From positions 1-64,000 of IMG/VR virus record IMGVR_UViG_3300019758_000009: a DNA stretch of 64,000 nt; one strand, 5' to 3'. Each line of letters begins with the position of its first letter. Position 1 is the first letter of the stretch. The notes beneath the pieces are model-generated. The model did not search any database. It saw nothing but the letters and a program-made list of their open reading frames with translations, and was not told the DNA's origin. Both the position numbers and the translations under genes were made by a program. This DNA is from a virus. Below are positions 48,487 to 57,822 of this stretch, in pieces.

Positions 48487-49022
48487 TGAGCAGATTTAAA
48501 TTATATGTTGACAGGATTATCAATATGGTAACCCCGCCACCTATGAGAGGTAGGGACAATATACTCTGGATTCAGAGTATGGTGTCCCCCTTAAAGACTA
48601 TTAATGACGCCTTTCAAGTATTTGCCAGAGAAAAGAAGATAGAGGCCAGTGTAACTTCCGTGGTTATCCATTTCGAGTGGTATCTTAACTACAAATTTAG
48701 TAAGTACTTCACAAATCAGAATGACAAAATCACGCTTGCTCACTACGGGGATTTGGGGGTACCTGTTTTTGATGACGGAGAAACCGGAGAGATACCTGAT
48801 TTGGTATGGGGAGAGAACGAAGACTGGTCATTAGCTCCAGAGGATGAAAAACCGAACCCGTATTACGATGAATTTGAATCACTAGCAGCTATCGGGGCCT
48901 CCTTTAAGGTGCTAGTTCCTGAAGTATCTATACTGCATCACCAGTTTGACATTATGCTGAGAGCAGAAATAGACAAATACAGATTAAGCGGCAAGACTTA
49001 TAACATAGAACATAATTTATAA
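48486..49022 (+). CDS. baseplate wedge (P2 gpI-like) protein
   Basis: EWYLN..F and IDKYRLSGKTY motifs; follows the J-like gene. Confidence 0.65.
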   Translation: MSRFKLYVDRIINMVTPPPMRGRDNILWIQSMVSPLKTINDAFQVFAREKKIEASVTSVVIHFEWYLNYKFSKYFTNQNDKITLAHYGDLGVPVFDDGETGEIPDLVWGENEDWSLAPEDEKPNPYYDEFESLAAIGASFKVLVPEVSILHHQFDIMLRAEIDKYRLSGKTYNIEHNL

Positions 49023-49031
49023 AATAAACAT

Positions 49032-50912
49032 ATGAAGGAATACGAAGCGCTGGTAGGCGGTAGGTTTACCTACAAACAAGACTGGAGGCATATCCAAGAC
49101 CTTGCTTTATCCATCTCACAGATATTTACAGATTGCGACAGCTTTATCGTATCAGGATGCGAGATAACTGGAGCCATTGGAAATAGATCCATAGCCCCAG
49201 GTTATATTTGGATGAATAAAAAAATAAGGTACTTCGAAGGTAAGGCCAATATAAATTTAGCTGACCCTAATTACCTCGTTGAAGACACAGTGGCTATACC
49301 TATAAAATATAGCGGAGGAGGAACAAAGGTAGGTGGGTACGATCATAGAGTAATATGGTCTGACATTACCCCTGGAGCCGGCACCGAATTCATTCCAGTT
49401 CCAGTGGACGGGGCATTGCCTACGTTAAATGATAAGTTTTTTGGAAAGTACGCCATACTATCTAATACCTCATCTTCTCAGCAGACAATAGCTAAACTCT
49501 TAGTGTTACAGGATAGCTTAAGCGTAAAAGGGGCTGTAAACATAGGTAATGGGGCGATAGGTAAAGACTTAAGTGTTCACAGAACAGATTCAAGCGGGAA
49601 AGTATCTAAGATCGTAAACTCAATCAGTACCGATGGCGTTGGGGCTATCCAGGCTCACTATGATAATAAAAAAATAGGAGAGATGGCATTTAACCCAACA
49701 GCCAAAGAGTATACGCTTAAGATAAATGACGTAAGCCAAATATCTGTAACAGAGTCAGCTATAGTGCTAAAATCCTTAACAAGTGAAGGAGTTATTAAAA
49801 ACGCCGATATTTCCATAAGTGGGAATTCAATAAATAAAACTAGCGGCGACAATGACACCAGCGATCTAAGGTTAAATTACTCAGGATATAATGGCGGGGT
49901 AACTAGATTCAGAGATACATCGCTTTATGATGGTAAAAATGGCTTAATAGCCAAATTTTCTGGCTCTACAAAAACATTTACTCACTATGGCACTGTAGTT
50001 CAAGCCAGCAGTGATCAAATAGGGGTAAAGATACAGGAAAAAACAAAAATAAAAACTGACGCCAGCCTACTGAAGTCCATTGATTGGTACGATAAAGATG
50101 ATGCGGTAATGTTTAGGTTTGGGTATATCTCAAATTCAGATCAGAATATTACATTAGATAATTCTGGCGTTGGAGATATAGTTATCGCTCCTAAGCAATA
50201 TCTAAAATCAACCACTCCAATTATGGAGCAGGGTGAGTTATTGTCCAATAGGTACGCGTCAAAAACTGACTTACCTACCAGTTTAGATACAAAGGTAGAT
50301 AAGGTGGCTGGGTACTCATTGACAAAAAACGATTTCACTGATACCCTTAAAGCCAAGCTCGATGACTTCAATTATGGAGCCGTAGGAATAGGTAATCCGG
50401 GATTAGTGACAGGAGGGCAGGTATCTAATGAAATTAGAAAAAGACTTGTTATAGCTGAAAATCTTAATGATATACCTGATAAGACCACAGCAAGAAACAA
50501 CTTGGATGTACCAAGAAAGGGGGACTCATACCTTAAAAGCCAGACATACTCAAAAGGGGAGACGTACTCACGCTCAGAAGCTGACACGAAATTCCAAACA
50601 GCCTTAGTTGATACTGGATGGATAGATGCCGGAAACCCTGGAACCACCTCTGAGATGCATGTCAAAGTGAGGCAAATAGGGAACATTGTAAATATCACTG
50701 GAGTGAGTGGTTCAAATACTTTCGGGACAACATTATTCTCCATACCAGATGCAATTGCCCCTCCTCCATTTACGACAGGATTAAAATTAGGAAGCCCTAT
50801 ATCTGGCTCAGAACTAACACTTGTATGCATAGCTAACGGTAGAAACTTCCAGGTCATGCAAGCAGGGTCATCTTTAGCAATACAATATATAAACATAACT
50901 TACTTCGTATGA
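49032..50912 (+). CDS. tail fibre protein
   Basis: KVDKVAGYSLTKNDFTD, NLNDIPDKTTARNNL, YSRSEAD, DTGW..RQIGNIV fibre motifs. Confidence 0.8.
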   Translation: MKEYEALVGGRFTYKQDWRHIQDLALSISQIFTDCDSFIVSGCEITGAIGNRSIAPGYIWMNKKIRYFEGKANINLADPNYLVEDTVAIPIKYSGGGTKVGGYDHRVIWSDITPGAGTEFIPVPVDGALPTLNDKFFGKYAILSNTSSSQQTIAKLLVLQDSLSVKGAVNIGNGAIGKDLSVHRTDSSGKVSKIVNSISTDGVGAIQAHYDNKKIGEMAFNPTAKEYTLKINDVSQISVTESAIVLKSLTSEGVIKNADISISGNSINKTSGDNDTSDLRLNYSGYNGGVTRFRDTSLYDGKNGLIAKFSGSTKTFTHYGTVVQASSDQIGVKIQEKTKIKTDASLLKSIDWYDKDDAVMFRFGYISNSDQNITLDNSGVGDIVIAPKQYLKSTTPIMEQGELLSNRYASKTDLPTSLDTKVDKVAGYSLTKNDFTDTLKAKLDDFNYGAVGIGNPGLVTGGQVSNEIRKRLVIAENLNDIPDKTTARNNLDVPRKGDSYLKSQTYSKGETYSRSEADTKFQTALVDTGWIDAGNPGTTSEMHVKVRQIGNIVNITGVSGSNTFGTTLFSIPDAIAPPPFTTGLKLGSPISGSELTLVCIANGRNFQVMQAGSSLAIQYINITYFV

Positions 50913-50954
50913 GACATTTAGGAAATATCAGAAAACAAAACAAAAGCATAGAAA

Positions 50955-51380
50955 ATGCCGACAAAGCCAAGCAAGCTGCAAGGAACGCGGACAACAAGCC
51001 CCGGGCTAAGAAAAAGCCAACTGAAGGGAAGGCCTCCGGGAACAAGGCTTAAGAGGCAGTTCGAAGAAACAAGACTGGGGTTCATGCTAAAGTATGAGAC
51101 CCCACTTGAGTTCGAGCTAATCATGCAGGCAACAAAAAAGGCGGTTTTCAAAAAGCCAGATATTAACCTTATTGAGGCGGTATGCTCCGCATCTGACGAC
51201 ATTTCATTTAATAAGGCTAAATTCAAAAAGTACCTACAAGAATACCGTGATCATGGTATCCATTGCGACAGACCAAAAGTCATAACTCCAGAACGAGAAA
51301 GGTATTACGAATTACTTCGTAGAAACAAAACGAAGGCGTATATGGTAGGAAAAAAGAAAATGTTAAAAAAATTACAATAA
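50955..51380 (+). CDS. basic hypothetical protein (GRPPG, possibly DNA-binding)
   Basis: 141 aa, K/R-rich, followed by a terminator. Confidence 0.65.
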   Translation: MPTKPSKLQGTRTTSPGLRKSQLKGRPPGTRLKRQFEETRLGFMLKYETPLEFELIMQATKKAVFKKPDINLIEAVCSASDDISFNKAKFKKYLQEYRDHGIHCDRPKVITPERERYYELLRRNKTKAYMVGKKKMLKKLQ

Positions 51381-51383
51381 AAT

Positions 51384-51418
51384 AAGGAGCTCCCTATCAA
51401 TGGGTTGCTCCTTTTTTT
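51384..51418 (+). terminator. intrinsic terminator ending the virion module
   Basis: AAGGAGC..CC / GG..GCTCCTT followed by a T-run. Confidence 0.75.
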
Positions 51419-51493
51419 GTCAAAAACATTAAATTAGCTATTGTATATATGGATTTTTTATCTACTTTTGCACTACACAAAAACAAATAATAT

Positions 51494-52195
51494 ATGGAAA
51501 ATTTTAGTATTGATATCACCAAGCATACAGACAGGTCACTAATGTTAGAGGCGGCAGAAGCCACCTTTGCTGGCAACAGCAATCAGACCCTTGCTTCGAT
51601 GTACAGGTCCGAGCACTCACCCGCAAGAACCCAGATGTTTATGATAAAGCTCGAAGATATCCCTCTGTATGTATCGACGCACCTACTTCGTCATCATGTA
51701 GGCTCCCAACCATTCGCCTTAACTCACCGTACAGACAGGAATGGTGGAGGCTTTGATTTACCTACACAGGTAAAGAGCCTTAAGTCTATGTTTAACGAAT
51801 ACACTGAGCTATTGACGGCTGGAGAAGTGGGAACTGAGGTGCAGACGAGGATATTTGATGAATTAACGAGGATTTCCGATAAAGGGGGCCGTATGACGCC
51901 AACTAATCTGTCGTTATTTATCAACGCTCAATCGCTAATAGATATGGCGAGGCTTAGGATCTGTAACAAAGCATCGCTACATACTAGGGTTACGTTTAAC
52001 GCTATCAGGGAAGAACTTAAGAAGCATGATGCTGAACTGGTGCCGTTTTTAGTTAGAACGTGCGTGTACAGAAATGGCATCTGCAACGAGACCCCATGTG
52101 GCTTTACAAGAACAAAAGAATGGGATACGGAGATGTCTGAATACCTGAAGAATTTCACGAAGAAACAGCAACCCCCTAGCTCTGTACCTCTTTAA
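51494..52195 (+). CDS. thyX: FAD-dependent thymidylate synthase ThyX-like
   Basis: SEHSPAR, VSTHLLRH, INAQSLI..ARLRIC..AS motifs. Confidence 0.75.
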   Translation: MENFSIDITKHTDRSLMLEAAEATFAGNSNQTLASMYRSEHSPARTQMFMIKLEDIPLYVSTHLLRHHVGSQPFALTHRTDRNGGGFDLPTQVKSLKSMFNEYTELLTAGEVGTEVQTRIFDELTRISDKGGRMTPTNLSLFINAQSLIDMARLRICNKASLHTRVTFNAIREELKKHDAELVPFLVRTCVYRNGICNETPCGFTRTKEWDTEMSEYLKNFTKKQQPPSSVPL

Positions 52196-52653
52196 TGAAT
52201 TACTCTTACATTGGCGTGATGCTCGATGAAACGCCAAATGAAATAGCGCTAACATTTAAGATAACCGGGTGCCAATTGGCGTGTCCCGGCTGCCAGGCTG
52301 CGGAGTTCTGGGGAGAAGGAACAGGAGAGGTCTTAACTCAAGATATTTTCTTTCAAAATCTGAAAAAGTACAAAGGGTCAGCTTCTGCTGTTTTATTTAT
52401 GGGGGGAGAGTGGCACGAGGGTGAGCTCATAGGCAAGCTCAGAATTGCTAAATTGATGGGGTACAAAACAATACTTTACACAGGCCTAGAAAAAAAGAAC
52501 TTAAGCAGCGAGTTACTTGACGTATTAGATTACCTAAAGTACGGGCCATACAATGAAGAGGCGGGGCCAATAACTAGCAAGACAACAAATCAGGTGTACG
52601 AGAACCTGCACACAGGAGAGAGCATGAATCATTATTTTATAAAATCTATTTAG
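52195..52653 (+). CDS. nrdG: anaerobic ribonucleotide reductase activase (radical SAM)
   Basis: GCQLACPGC, FMGGE, LYTG, LKYGPY, TTNQ. Confidence 0.92.
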   Translation: MNYSYIGVMLDETPNEIALTFKITGCQLACPGCQAAEFWGEGTGEVLTQDIFFQNLKKYKGSASAVLFMGGEWHEGELIGKLRIAKLMGYKTILYTGLEKKNLSSELLDVLDYLKYGPYNEEAGPITSKTTNQVYENLHTGESMNHYFIKSI

Positions 52654-52661
52654 AGGGGCTT

Positions 52662-54440
52662 ATGATTGAATTAAGTGAAAAACAAATTGAACAAAAGACA
52701 GATTTCATCAAGCAGTATATGGAAGCATTTAATCCTGCTGATGGGTCAAAATTAGATGCTAACGCTAATGTAACTCAAAAGAATCTAGTAACACTAGCCG
52801 GCGAACTACATAAAGGCGATAACATCCAGCTCAACAGAGCTATGATGATGCAAAGAATAAGCGAAATGTTCGGCCCATCGCTGGCTGACGAATACAAAAG
52901 ACAGATTGAAGACCATGAGATATATATCCATGACGAAACAAGCCTGTTACCGTATTGCGTATCTATAAATATGTTCCCATTTCTATTGAACGGAATGAAG
53001 GATCTAGGAGGAGAGTCTATTGCCCCTAAACACTTATACACGTACGTAGGCCAATTCCAGAACTTGATGTTCGCCGTAGCCTCTCAATTCGCTGGAGCTG
53101 TAGCATCTGTTGAATGGTTAATGTATTTCGATTACTTCGCACGCAAGGATTTTGGCGACAATTACCTAGCTACTCATATGGACAGGGTTACCGAGCACTT
53201 TGAAAGTACGGTATATACACTCAATCAACCAGCAGCGGCCAGAAGCTACCAGTCAATTTTTTGGAACATAAGTTTATTTGACAGGGGTTATTTTGAGGGG
53301 ATGTTCGGAGATTTTGTATTTCCAGACTTCTCAAAACCTAATTATGACTCAATATCAAAATTGCAAAACACCTTCATGGATTTCTTGCATAAGGAACGAA
53401 GGAGGGCGGTGCTTACATTTCCAATTGTTACAGCAAGCTACATCAACGATGGAGAAAGCCCGGTAGATAAAGATTTTGGTAACGATGTTGCTAAATGGAT
53501 GAATCGAGGAGACAGATTCTTTCAATACACGTCAGACACAGCTGATTCATTATCTAGTTGTTGCCGACTCAAGAATGATGTATCCGACAAACCAGACTTT
53601 TCCTTTACACTAGGAGCTGGAGGTGTGGCCACTGGTAGTATTAATGTGATCACTATCAATGCTAATAGATGGGAGCAGCTGGGGTTGTCATATGAAGATA
53701 ACATATCGAAGATACATAAGTATTTAGTGGCGTACAAGTCTATAATTTCAGACTTCATTGAAGCTAAAATGCTCCCTGTTTACGACGCCGGATATATCGA
53801 TATCGACAAGCAATTTTGCACCATCGGTATTAATGGCATGGTCGAGGCAGCAGAATGGCATCATATACACCCAGACAACAATCCAGAGTATATCGGCTTT
53901 TTATCCAACAGACTAAAAACCATATATGATCTCAATAGGCAGGCCAGCTTAGAGTACGAATGTAAATTCAATACAGAATTTGTCCCTGCTGAAAATTTAG
54001 CTATAAAAAACGCTAAATGGGACAAAGATGACAACTTATTTTCACCAAGAGATGCGTATAATTCATATTTCTACGCGGTGGAAGACGAGGTCATTAGCGT
54101 GATTGACAAACTTGAATTACATGGTGCGGAAACCACTAGGTTTTTAGATGGAGGGGCAGCTGTTCACCTAAATCTAACATCACACCCAACTCAGGATCAG
54201 GCAAAATATATTATGCATATAGCTATCAAGAAAGGGGTGCCGTTTTTCACCACGAACGTCTTAGAGACCAGCTGTAATAAGTGTGGATATATATCACCCG
54301 GTACTCATTTAAAATGCATAAATTGCGGATCAGAAGATATAGATCATTTGACCCGGATAATCGGGTACACCAAAAAGCTATCTAACTTCTCAGAAAAGAG
54401 AAGAATAGAAGCTAGCAGGAGATTTTACCACGAAAAATAA
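52662..54440 (+). CDS. nrdD: anaerobic ribonucleoside-triphosphate reductase
   Basis: IYIHD, PYC, FPI, SSCCRL, EFVPAEN, CxxC...CxxC, TRIIGY glycyl-radical loop. Confidence 0.95.
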   Translation: MIELSEKQIEQKTDFIKQYMEAFNPADGSKLDANANVTQKNLVTLAGELHKGDNIQLNRAMMMQRISEMFGPSLADEYKRQIEDHEIYIHDETSLLPYCVSINMFPFLLNGMKDLGGESIAPKHLYTYVGQFQNLMFAVASQFAGAVASVEWLMYFDYFARKDFGDNYLATHMDRVTEHFESTVYTLNQPAAARSYQSIFWNISLFDRGYFEGMFGDFVFPDFSKPNYDSISKLQNTFMDFLHKERRRAVLTFPIVTASYINDGESPVDKDFGNDVAKWMNRGDRFFQYTSDTADSLSSCCRLKNDVSDKPDFSFTLGAGGVATGSINVITINANRWEQLGLSYEDNISKIHKYLVAYKSIISDFIEAKMLPVYDAGYIDIDKQFCTIGINGMVEAAEWHHIHPDNNPEYIGFLSNRLKTIYDLNRQASLEYECKFNTEFVPAENLAIKNAKWDKDDNLFSPRDAYNSYFYAVEDEVISVIDKLELHGAETTRFLDGGAAVHLNLTSHPTQDQAKYIMHIAIKKGVPFFTTNVLETSCNKCGYISPGTHLKCINCGSEDIDHLTRIIGYTKKLSNFSEKRRIEASRRFYHEK

Positions 54441-54445
54441 ATCAC

Positions 54446-54497
54446 TCCCATAACCAATTAGGGTGGCCTAGCCGGTTCGATTCCGGCTATGGGGCAA
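54446..54497 (+). ncRNA. tRNA-like structure lacking an anticodon arm
   Basis: TCCCATA/TATGGGG acceptor-like stem and canonical T-arm GCCGG-TTCGATT-CCGGC. Confidence 0.45.
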
Positions 54498-54521
54498 TTA
54501 TTATTAACTAATACAAATAGT

Positions 54522-54986
54522 ATGGCGATAAAAATTAAGGAAAAGATTTTTGTAGACGACACAGGAAGGCTATCTTCCAGCCAATTTAAAATGTTTACAG
54601 ATCAAACAGCTCAGCTTTTGCCTGGAGAGTACAGTTTTTATGTTTTAGATTCTAAAAAGAATCGATCATTACAGCAAGGAAAATATCTATTTGGTGTCGT
54701 TTTAAAAATGATTAGCACAGAAACCGGTTATGACGCCAAAGATCTGTATGAGATATTTGAAAAAATGTTCTGCCCAGTTAAAGTTGTCAATTTCAAAGGA
54801 GAGGAGCACATCATACAAGACATGAAGCGCTTAGATACCAAGGAAATGGGCATAGTTATTGAAAAAATAATTAGATGGGCAGATGTTGAGTTAGGTGTTA
54901 TTGTGCCTTCACAAGAGCAAACAAAGGACCCTTTGGCCGCCGACTTCTATGTTGATGCGTACAACGATTCATGGATAAAAAAGTAA
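54522..54986 (+). CDS. NinB-like protein
   Basis: NRSLQQGKYLFGVV...LDTKEM..IEKI..W..ELGV.VP. Confidence 0.65.
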   Translation: MAIKIKEKIFVDDTGRLSSSQFKMFTDQTAQLLPGEYSFYVLDSKKNRSLQQGKYLFGVVLKMISTETGYDAKDLYEIFEKMFCPVKVVNFKGEEHIIQDMKRLDTKEMGIVIEKIIRWADVELGVIVPSQEQTKDPLAADFYVDAYNDSWIKK

Positions 54987-54990
54987 TAAA

Positions 54991-55099
54991 ATTTGGAAAT
55001 TAAAAAACTTTTATTACCTTTGTATTAGCAATTGAGATAGCAAATCTCAAAAATATATGCGACACTATTTGGAAATTAAAAAACTTTTATTACCTTTGT
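54991..55099 (+). promoter_or_regulatory. duplicated host-sigma promoter TTTG-N19-TACCTTTG
   Basis: 33-bp exact repeat at 54991-55023 and 55067-55099. Confidence 0.85.
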
Positions 55100-55143
55100 G
55101 TCGAAGAAAACAGAATAACAATTTAATAATTAAAATCAAGCGT

Positions 55144-56541
55144 ATGAGTACAGACACTAATTATTTGGATCAATTTGGAGGTGCTATTGAAACTTATGAA
55201 GAAGCATCAGAGAGAATGGCCGCAGAAGCAGCTTCGAAAGGTGGTTCAAAACTTAAAATGTTTAAAATACCTGAAGGCGAAAGCAAGCTGCGTTTAATCG
55301 TGCTCCACCCAGAGTCTCCGGTAAAAGGGTTTACTTATCCAGCGGCTCAATTTTTCATGCCTATTAATGTCCCTGGGCAAACAAAGCCTCGATACGTCAA
55401 GGTGTTAAGAGCTACAGACAATGGATTCGACAAAGACTTGATTCTTGAATTCAAGAAGTTAGCCAACGCAGCAGTAGAAGCTCAGATCGCAACAGCTAAG
55501 GGTGCGCGTAAAAAAGAGCTTGAAGCATTGAAGGATAATCTAAATAAAGGATCATACAATAACGACGATTCTTTACTGTATGACTTCAAGCAAGTGGCTT
55601 ACGCTCTTGATCTTGAGAGCTCAAAAACAAGAAAAGAAGGCTGGCAGGTTGTTGAGTTCTCCAACAAGCAAGCGACAGACCTTAAGCTTGTTATTAAAAA
55701 GCTATGGGACAAACGAGCTAAGAAAGAATTAGCTTGGGCTGATGATAATGACAAGGACCCACGACAAGCTAACATGGTATGCCCAGCAACTCACCCTGGA
55801 GGTGCTTTTGTTACGGAGATAGACAAAGGAAAGGTAAACAACAAAACCGAATACAGATTCAGCATTGACAACGATGTAGATAACATCATTGAGTTAACAG
55901 AGGCTGAAATCAAATCTTTCTTTGACGGTGAGCCTTTGCATAAAGCTTATAAAGGATATAATCGCTATCACTACGGGGCCACTATTGCCTTCTTGGATCA
56001 ATTCGATGCTCGCCTTAACTTGGGTGTATTTTCATCAGATGAATTCCAGGATATCGTTAAGGCATTCGAAGCACAGCTCGACCCTGCAGACACTCAAGAA
56101 TTTTCGCTTGAATCAAAGTCTAGCGATGACAGCTCAACAGAAGGAGAAGAAGCTGTAGATGGCTTGCTTCTTGATGATTTACTTGATGAATTCGATGAAT
56201 TGAGTGAATTCGATGAAGACTCAGAGGAGATTGAGGACTTCCGTAAAAAGCTACGCCTGTACATCGCTCAAGAAGGTCTTAAGGTTAAGATTGGTAGAAG
56301 AAAGTCTACAGAAGATGCAGTGCAAGAGATTGAGGAAGCTATCGACGAGAAAGGTGGAGAGAGAGGCGTTACTGACCGAGACGGTGGAGAGTCAACAGAA
56401 GCTGACACCAGCGGCGGCGCTCCAGAGCCAGAAGCTGAAACAGAAGCTGAAACAGAAGAAGAGGACAAACCAAGGGCTTCAAGATCCAGAAGAACAGGTA
56501 GTTCCAGAGCCGGCAGAACGAGTCGCGCTTCTAGATCGTAA
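55144..56541 (+). CDS. putative ssDNA-binding protein (gp32-like) with long acidic tail
   Basis: MFKIPEGESKLRL N-terminus, acidic C-terminal half; start moved to the AGCGT-ATG at 55144. Confidence 0.55.
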   Translation: MSTDTNYLDQFGGAIETYEEASERMAAEAASKGGSKLKMFKIPEGESKLRLIVLHPESPVKGFTYPAAQFFMPINVPGQTKPRYVKVLRATDNGFDKDLILEFKKLANAAVEAQIATAKGARKKELEALKDNLNKGSYNNDDSLLYDFKQVAYALDLESSKTRKEGWQVVEFSNKQATDLKLVIKKLWDKRAKKELAWADDNDKDPRQANMVCPATHPGGAFVTEIDKGKVNNKTEYRFSIDNDVDNIIELTEAEIKSFFDGEPLHKAYKGYNRYHYGATIAFLDQFDARLNLGVFSSDEFQDIVKAFEAQLDPADTQEFSLESKSSDDSSTEGEEAVDGLLLDDLLDEFDELSEFDEDSEEIEDFRKKLRLYIAQEGLKVKIGRRKSTEDAVQEIEEAIDEKGGERGVTDRDGGESTEADTSGGAPEPEAETEAETEEEDKPRASRSRRTGSSRAGRTSRASRS

Positions 56542-56557
56542 TACGCAAATATAAATT

Positions 56558-56580
56558 AAGGGGGTTAAGGCCCCCTTTTT
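56558..56580 (+). terminator. intrinsic terminator after the SSB-like gene
   Basis: AAGGGGG / CCCCCTT followed by a T-run. Confidence 0.75.
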
Positions 56581-56805
56581 ATGAGCTATACGGTTAAATT
56601 TCATTACGCAAGAGGGCAGAAGCCACTAGTGTTTGAGAATGTATCCAACGTCATCCCTCAAAAAGGAGATAATTCCGTGATGATGACACTTGAAAGATTC
56701 ACTCAAGCCCAGGTTACTGTACCGTTAAATGGATGCTTGTATTATACAAAATTTAGAACAGGAGAACATGAAAAAGCCATATCCGATAGGACTTTGCCTG
56801 AATGA
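56581..56805 (+). CDS. hypothetical protein
   Basis: 74-aa ORF upstream of the nuclease. Confidence 0.55.
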   Translation: MSYTVKFHYARGQKPLVFENVSNVIPQKGDNSVMMTLERFTQAQVTVPLNGCLYYTKFRTGEHEKAISDRTLPE

Positions 56806-57811
56806 TGCTCATGTAGGTAAAGAAACTATCACAGATTTTGAACAAAACTGGTACGAGGCAGTCGATTACGCTGTTGAGTATGACGTAAAAACACTATTTG
56901 TTGGAGGAGATACGTTTTTAAGCAGAGTCGCTCAAACGCTTCCTATTTTGCTTACTGTTCAAAAATGCATAAAGTACGCCACAGAAAAAGGCATTGACGT
57001 TGTAACCGCAAACGGTAATCACGACAAAGTAAGCCTTGAAGATATCAGGGGGTATTGCCATGTATTTTCGGACATACCTGGATACAAAGTAGTGGATGAG
57101 TACGAGAATTTTGTATATGGCGATGTCGCTATACATATGATGCCGTACTTCCCAGAAACAGGGTCCTTTAAAAAGAGATTAAAGGAAGTAAATACTATTC
57201 CTGGCAAGAAAAATATCCTATACATCCATCAGGGGATAAACGGCGGGTTAGGTCGCTCTGATGATACCAATAACAAGGAATTACCAACGCATATATTCGA
57301 GGAGTTTGACACCGTTTTAGTGGCCCATTATCACAATAGGTTACATTTGAAAGGTACAAACATCCACTATGTTGGATCTTCCAGGCAACATAACTTCGGC
57401 GAAGATATGGCCAAGGGGTATACCTTAATACACAGCGATGGGTCTTTTTCCTTTTTAGAGAACAAAGTCAATACTAAATACAAAACGCTCACTGAGGATT
57501 ATGCTGAAATAGACAAAGACTTCTTCTCAGATATTCGAGATTATGCGGATGGTGGGTATAAGGTACGAGTGATCATTCATTGTAAATCTACCGAAAGAAA
57601 ATCTATAAACAAGAGAGATTTCGTAGAGGCTGGAGCTTCTAAGGTTGAGATTATCGAAGAGAAAATTACAAAAGAAGGAGTGACTGTATCGTGCGGCACA
57701 TCAAGGTATAACAAAGAAGGACTGAAGGATGCATATGTTGAATTTTTAACGAAAAAAGACGATGTAGATGCAGAGTTCGGGCTTAAGTATTTAGATTTAA
57801 TAAGAATGTAA
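56768..57811 (+). CDS. sbcD: SbcD/Mre11-like metallophosphoesterase nuclease
   Basis: DAH, GGD, GNHD, HQG, AHYH, YVGS..QHNFGED..KG. Confidence 0.9.
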   Translation: MKKPYPIGLCLNDAHVGKETITDFEQNWYEAVDYAVEYDVKTLFVGGDTFLSRVAQTLPILLTVQKCIKYATEKGIDVVTANGNHDKVSLEDIRGYCHVFSDIPGYKVVDEYENFVYGDVAIHMMPYFPETGSFKKRLKEVNTIPGKKNILYIHQGINGGLGRSDDTNNKELPTHIFEEFDTVLVAHYHNRLHLKGTNIHYVGSSRQHNFGEDMAKGYTLIHSDGSFSFLENKVNTKYKTLTEDYAEIDKDFFSDIRDYADGGYKVRVIIHCKSTERKSINKRDFVEAGASKVEIIEEKITKEGVTVSCGTSRYNKEGLKDAYVEFLTKKDDVDAEFGLKYLDLIRM

Positions 57812-57822
57812 AACTATAGCGT

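Noticed and set aside
39244-50912. Diversity-generating retroelement or invertible tail-fibre cassette
   Set aside because: No reverse transcriptase, template/variable repeat pair or adjacent invertase seen in this window.
54446-54497. Functional tRNA gene
   Set aside because: No anticodon arm, too short, no encoded CCA; reported as a tRNA-like element instead.
54489-55143. ORF-track starts at 54489 and 55057
   Set aside because: They overlap the tRNA-like stem and the duplicated promoter; ATG 54522 and ATG 55144 have better contexts.
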